Assembly: GCA_015233155.1 (NCBI GenBank)
Contig: JADFYG010000002.1
Coordinates: forward strand, 110,734-174,733
Reading direction: 5' to 3'
Length of the DNA: 64,000 nucleotides
Origin: Candidatus Rifleibacteriota bacterium
GTDB lineage: Bacteria; Muiribacteriota; Ozemobacteria; Ozemobacterales; Ozemobacteraceae
Part shown: piece after piece, positions 61,410 through 64,000 of the stretch
Position numbering within the stretch: position 1 is the stretch's first letter
Layout of the letters: each line of letters opens with the position of its first letter
Notes under the pieces: generated by a model
Told to the model about the DNA's origin: nothing
The model's database searches: none
Seen by the model: only the letters and a program-made list of their open reading frames with translations
Program-made: the position numbers and the translations under genes

Positions 61410-63056
61410 TTAACGGCTCTGGGGAGTCGACTCCTGACTGGGCCCGATGGGGTGCTCAACCTCCGGGGTTGTGATAGAGGTTCCCGGACTTGAAGAAGCG
61501 GAGTTTTCGAGAGTCGCATGAGTACCCGTTCCATCTCTCAGAAGTTTCATGCCGGCAAGATCGGGAATGCCAGCCGTGCCGGAAAGATCGGTCCAAAGTG
61601 TGCCCGGGCCGGAATACATCATACGCAGTTTCAAATCGGGCGACATTTTCCTGGCGAATGAAAAATTTACGAACGCTTTGGGATTATCCCCGAAAGCCTT
61701 GATTTTGGCTTCAATGCCTTTGGATGTTGCCTCACCCTTGAGACGCACTACTGTGGCGGCCGCATCTCCAAGCATAATGGTTTTTGACGCTTCAATCGAG
61801 GCTATTTCTTGTTGCTTCTGTGCCACTTGTAATCGTGTATCGGCCTCGACGCGACCGATTTCCTGGTCGGCTTCGGCCTGTGTAATGTTCACGAGTGCGG
61901 CAGTTTGTGCGGTAACCTCTGCGCGTCTCTGAGCGATCATCGATCTTTCACGCTCGAGATCTCCGGCCGATTTTTTTGTCTCTTCCCAGACTTTGGCCGT
62001 TTTCTCTCTTTCGACAGAGATAAATGATTCGCGAATAGGCATTAACAAGTTATCCGGAATAGTAAGATGACGAATGAACGCTGAATGCACCGTAACATTC
62101 TTCATCTCGCATATGCGCTCCAGTTCATGGGTGAACGTCTGCTGAAATTTTTCGCGCTCCATTCCGAGCAAAAATTCCTTGGCTCCATAACTCGAACCCT
62201 GGATGCGGCCAATGGACTTACTTTGAGGAATTATGATCTTTTCTTCGATAGCCTGTTTGTTTCCGAACTCGACCATTACCTCGGCAACATGCTCGGGAAA
62301 CAGCTCCCATTCAACAGTCGCTTCTATCGTTATGTCGAATGCATCTTTTGATGGAAAACGAATGTTATTTTTATCCAGGAAATTGATCTGATACATTCCG
62401 ACTTCGACTTCCTGAACTCTGAATTCAAGCGGATTCAAATAATACAAACCTGGCGGCAACACATCCTTGTGGACACCGCGTTCGCCCTCGCCCGCAAATA
62501 CGATCCCCGAAGCCGAGGCGTTTTCCTGACCGGGTTTTGCATCTGCCGCCTTGGCAGTTAAAGCTTTTGGCTCCCGACCAACTAATGACGTAACGAAACC
62601 AACATATCCGGCTCGTATCAGCACGGCATCATGCTCCGTGATTACATAACCGTATGGATTCAGGCGATATGCGCCAGGTGTCAGCACGCGGCGGCGCGTT
62701 CCCCGTTCGTCTTCTCCAACGAGGATGGTTCCGGAAGCGGGCAACTTACCAACTTTAGATACGACCACCCCGATCTTACCGGGAGGAATCCTGACGATCG
62801 GTTTGATCTCAGTATGATAGATAACCGGCATAACAAAATGCAGGCCTTCACCGAGAACTTCCTCTAGAACGCCCTTTTGTCCTGGTTTAGCAAGCATCTG
62901 CCCAGAGGGCATTTCATCACCGTTTTTGGAAATAAGCACGAGCATATGACCAGGCGGAACATAGACCATGAACATGCTGTATATAACCGATAAGCAGACG
63001 CCTATCATCAACACCACCACTAATATCATTGAAACAAGATATCTGTTGAATATCAT
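61410..63056 (-). CDS. SPFH/band-7 (flotillin-like) membrane protein
   Basis: N-terminal TM segment, repeated L.PG.Y.LNP units, FPSKDAF.I core, Ala/Glu-rich coiled coil. Confidence 0.85.
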   Translation of the reverse strand: MIFNRYLVSMILVVVLMIGVCLSVIYSMFMVYVPPGHMLVLISKNGDEMPSGQMLAKPGQKGVLEEVLGEGLHFVMPVIYHTEIKPIVRIPPGKIGVVVSKVGKLPASGTILVGEDERGTRRRVLTPGAYRLNPYGYVITEHDAVLIRAGYVGFVTSLVGREPKALTAKAADAKPGQENASASGIVFAGEGERGVHKDVLPPGLYYLNPLEFRVQEVEVGMYQINFLDKNNIRFPSKDAFDITIEATVEWELFPEHVAEVMVEFGNKQAIEEKIIIPQSKSIGRIQGSSYGAKEFLLGMEREKFQQTFTHELERICEMKNVTVHSAFIRHLTIPDNLLMPIRESFISVEREKTAKVWEETKKSAGDLERERSMIAQRRAEVTAQTAALVNITQAEADQEIGRVEADTRLQVAQKQQEIASIEASKTIMLGDAAATVVRLKGEATSKGIEAKIKAFGDNPKAFVNFSFARKMSPDLKLRMMYSGPGTLWTDLSGTAGIPDLAGMKLLRDGTGTHATLENSASSSPGTSITTPEVEHPIGPSQESTPQSR

Positions 63057-63058
63057 TG

Positions 63059-64000
63059 TTAATTTCCTCTCTTCTCTTCATGAGCCGGAATCATGCTCGA
63101 AAAGATGCGCCCGAATATCCCTTCGGTGTTCGCAAATATTGTTCCGATTGACGGTGCAACTCGCATCAGAAACTCGTGATATGCGAATAATTCAGGATTC
63201 TTGAATGCCTCGACAGATTTTCTGAAGGCCTCAGCTTCCGCAGTACTGTTAAGAAGTATAACGTCAGCCTCTGCCTTTCCGCGAGCCAGGGTGGCTTGCG
63301 CTTCTTTCTGCGCAGCTTCGAGGAAAGTTGTTTCCATGAGTAGGCGCCGATTCTGATCAACAAGCGCCACAGTCTGCTTGTTCTTGGCTTCGATAACACG
63401 AACCATATTGGTGGTCTTTGCTTTAACCTTCTCGGTTTCCTGTTTCACCAGTTCTTCGGATCGCGCCAGGTTCTGCTCCGCCTGAGCCTGTTTAAGCTGG
63501 TTCTTGTTGCGATTCAGCTCTTCTTTCGCGATCTCGCGTTCGCGAATTGGTTTCGCTATTTCGAGAGGGGGCTCAATGTCGTTGATCAATACGGATTTTA
63601 TGAAAATGCCTTTCGGCTCGCAGGAAGCTTTTATTTTGGCGATAAGAGTATTTTGAAATAACTGACGAGAGTCGCCGCCGATATACTCGATTGCGGAATA
63701 TTTCGAACCTTCGATGCGTCCGAAGCCGCGAACAGCGGGAATAATAATCTTCTGAAGGATTTCATTCTTTTCCGCTTTCTCGTCAAAGCAACCGACACGT
63801 ACAAAAATTTCTGGAGCGCGAGACTGATCTATTGCCCATTCAATTGTCATCAGCACGTTCATTTCAAAGGCATCGCTCGATGGAAATTTTAGTGCGTCAT
63901 CGCCGGTAAGTTCGAAACGCTGTGAGCGGCAATCCATGATGTCGACATGCTGTATATACGGATGCAGATAATAAGTCCCGGGTGTCAGCACCTTCCTGGA
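63059..64000 (-). CDS. SPFH/band-7 protein (5' part outside the window)
   Basis: LTPGTYYLHPY, FPSSDAF and coiled-coil AEA repeats; frame open to the window edge. Confidence 0.85.
   Translation of the reverse strand, partial: SRKVLTPGTYYLHPYIQHVDIMDCRSQRFELTGDDALKFPSSDAFEMNVLMTIEWAIDQSRAPEIFVRVGCFDEKAEKNEILQKIIIPAVRGFGRIEGSKYSAIEYIGGDSRQLFQNTLIAKIKASCEPKGIFIKSVLINDIEPPLEIAKPIREREIAKEELNRNKNQLKQAQAEQNLARSEELVKQETEKVKAKTTNMVRVIEAKNKQTVALVDQNRRLLMETTFLEAAQKEAQATLARGKAEADVILLNSTAEAEAFRKSVEAFKNPELFAYHEFLMRVAPSIGTIFANTEGIFGRIFSSMIPAHEEKRGN

Noticed and set aside
1-64000. CRISPR array, tRNA or rRNA genes
   Set aside because: No regularly spaced repeats with unique spacers and no cloverleaf or rRNA signatures were seen.

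Overview
Gene-dense bacterial chromosomal window, mostly housekeeping and envelope functions: rpiB-upp-dCMP deaminase-murA-HEAT-xerD, glnA, pcrA, nagB, a peptidoglycan turnover cluster, bioY, nfi, Hsp20 and Hsp70 pairs, an aldehyde:ferredoxin oxidoreductase, signalling proteins and an SPFH pair. Gene content suggests an anaerobic diderm, possibly Ca. Riflebacteria-like (inference only). No rRNA, tRNA, CRISPR array or transposase was seen. Two observations stand out. (1) A ~1.1 kb stretch without a credible CDS (4027-5129, minus strand) has a near-consensus sigma70 promoter, a terminator, base-paired 5'/3' ends, GNRA- and G-U-containing hairpins and an internally repeated two-part motif, so it is a candidate very large structured ncRNA. 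(2) A stand-alone, apparently splicing-dead intein-like gene (16412-17542) overlaps the start of an intein-free pcrA and may be a domesticated PcrA intein. Also notable: a pseudo-KS/dehydratase/acyltransferase PKS-like fusion, a secreted EndoU-type nuclease, a SprA-like beta-barrel and a MITE with a 9-bp target-site duplication. All family assignments come from motif recognition by eye; no searches were run.
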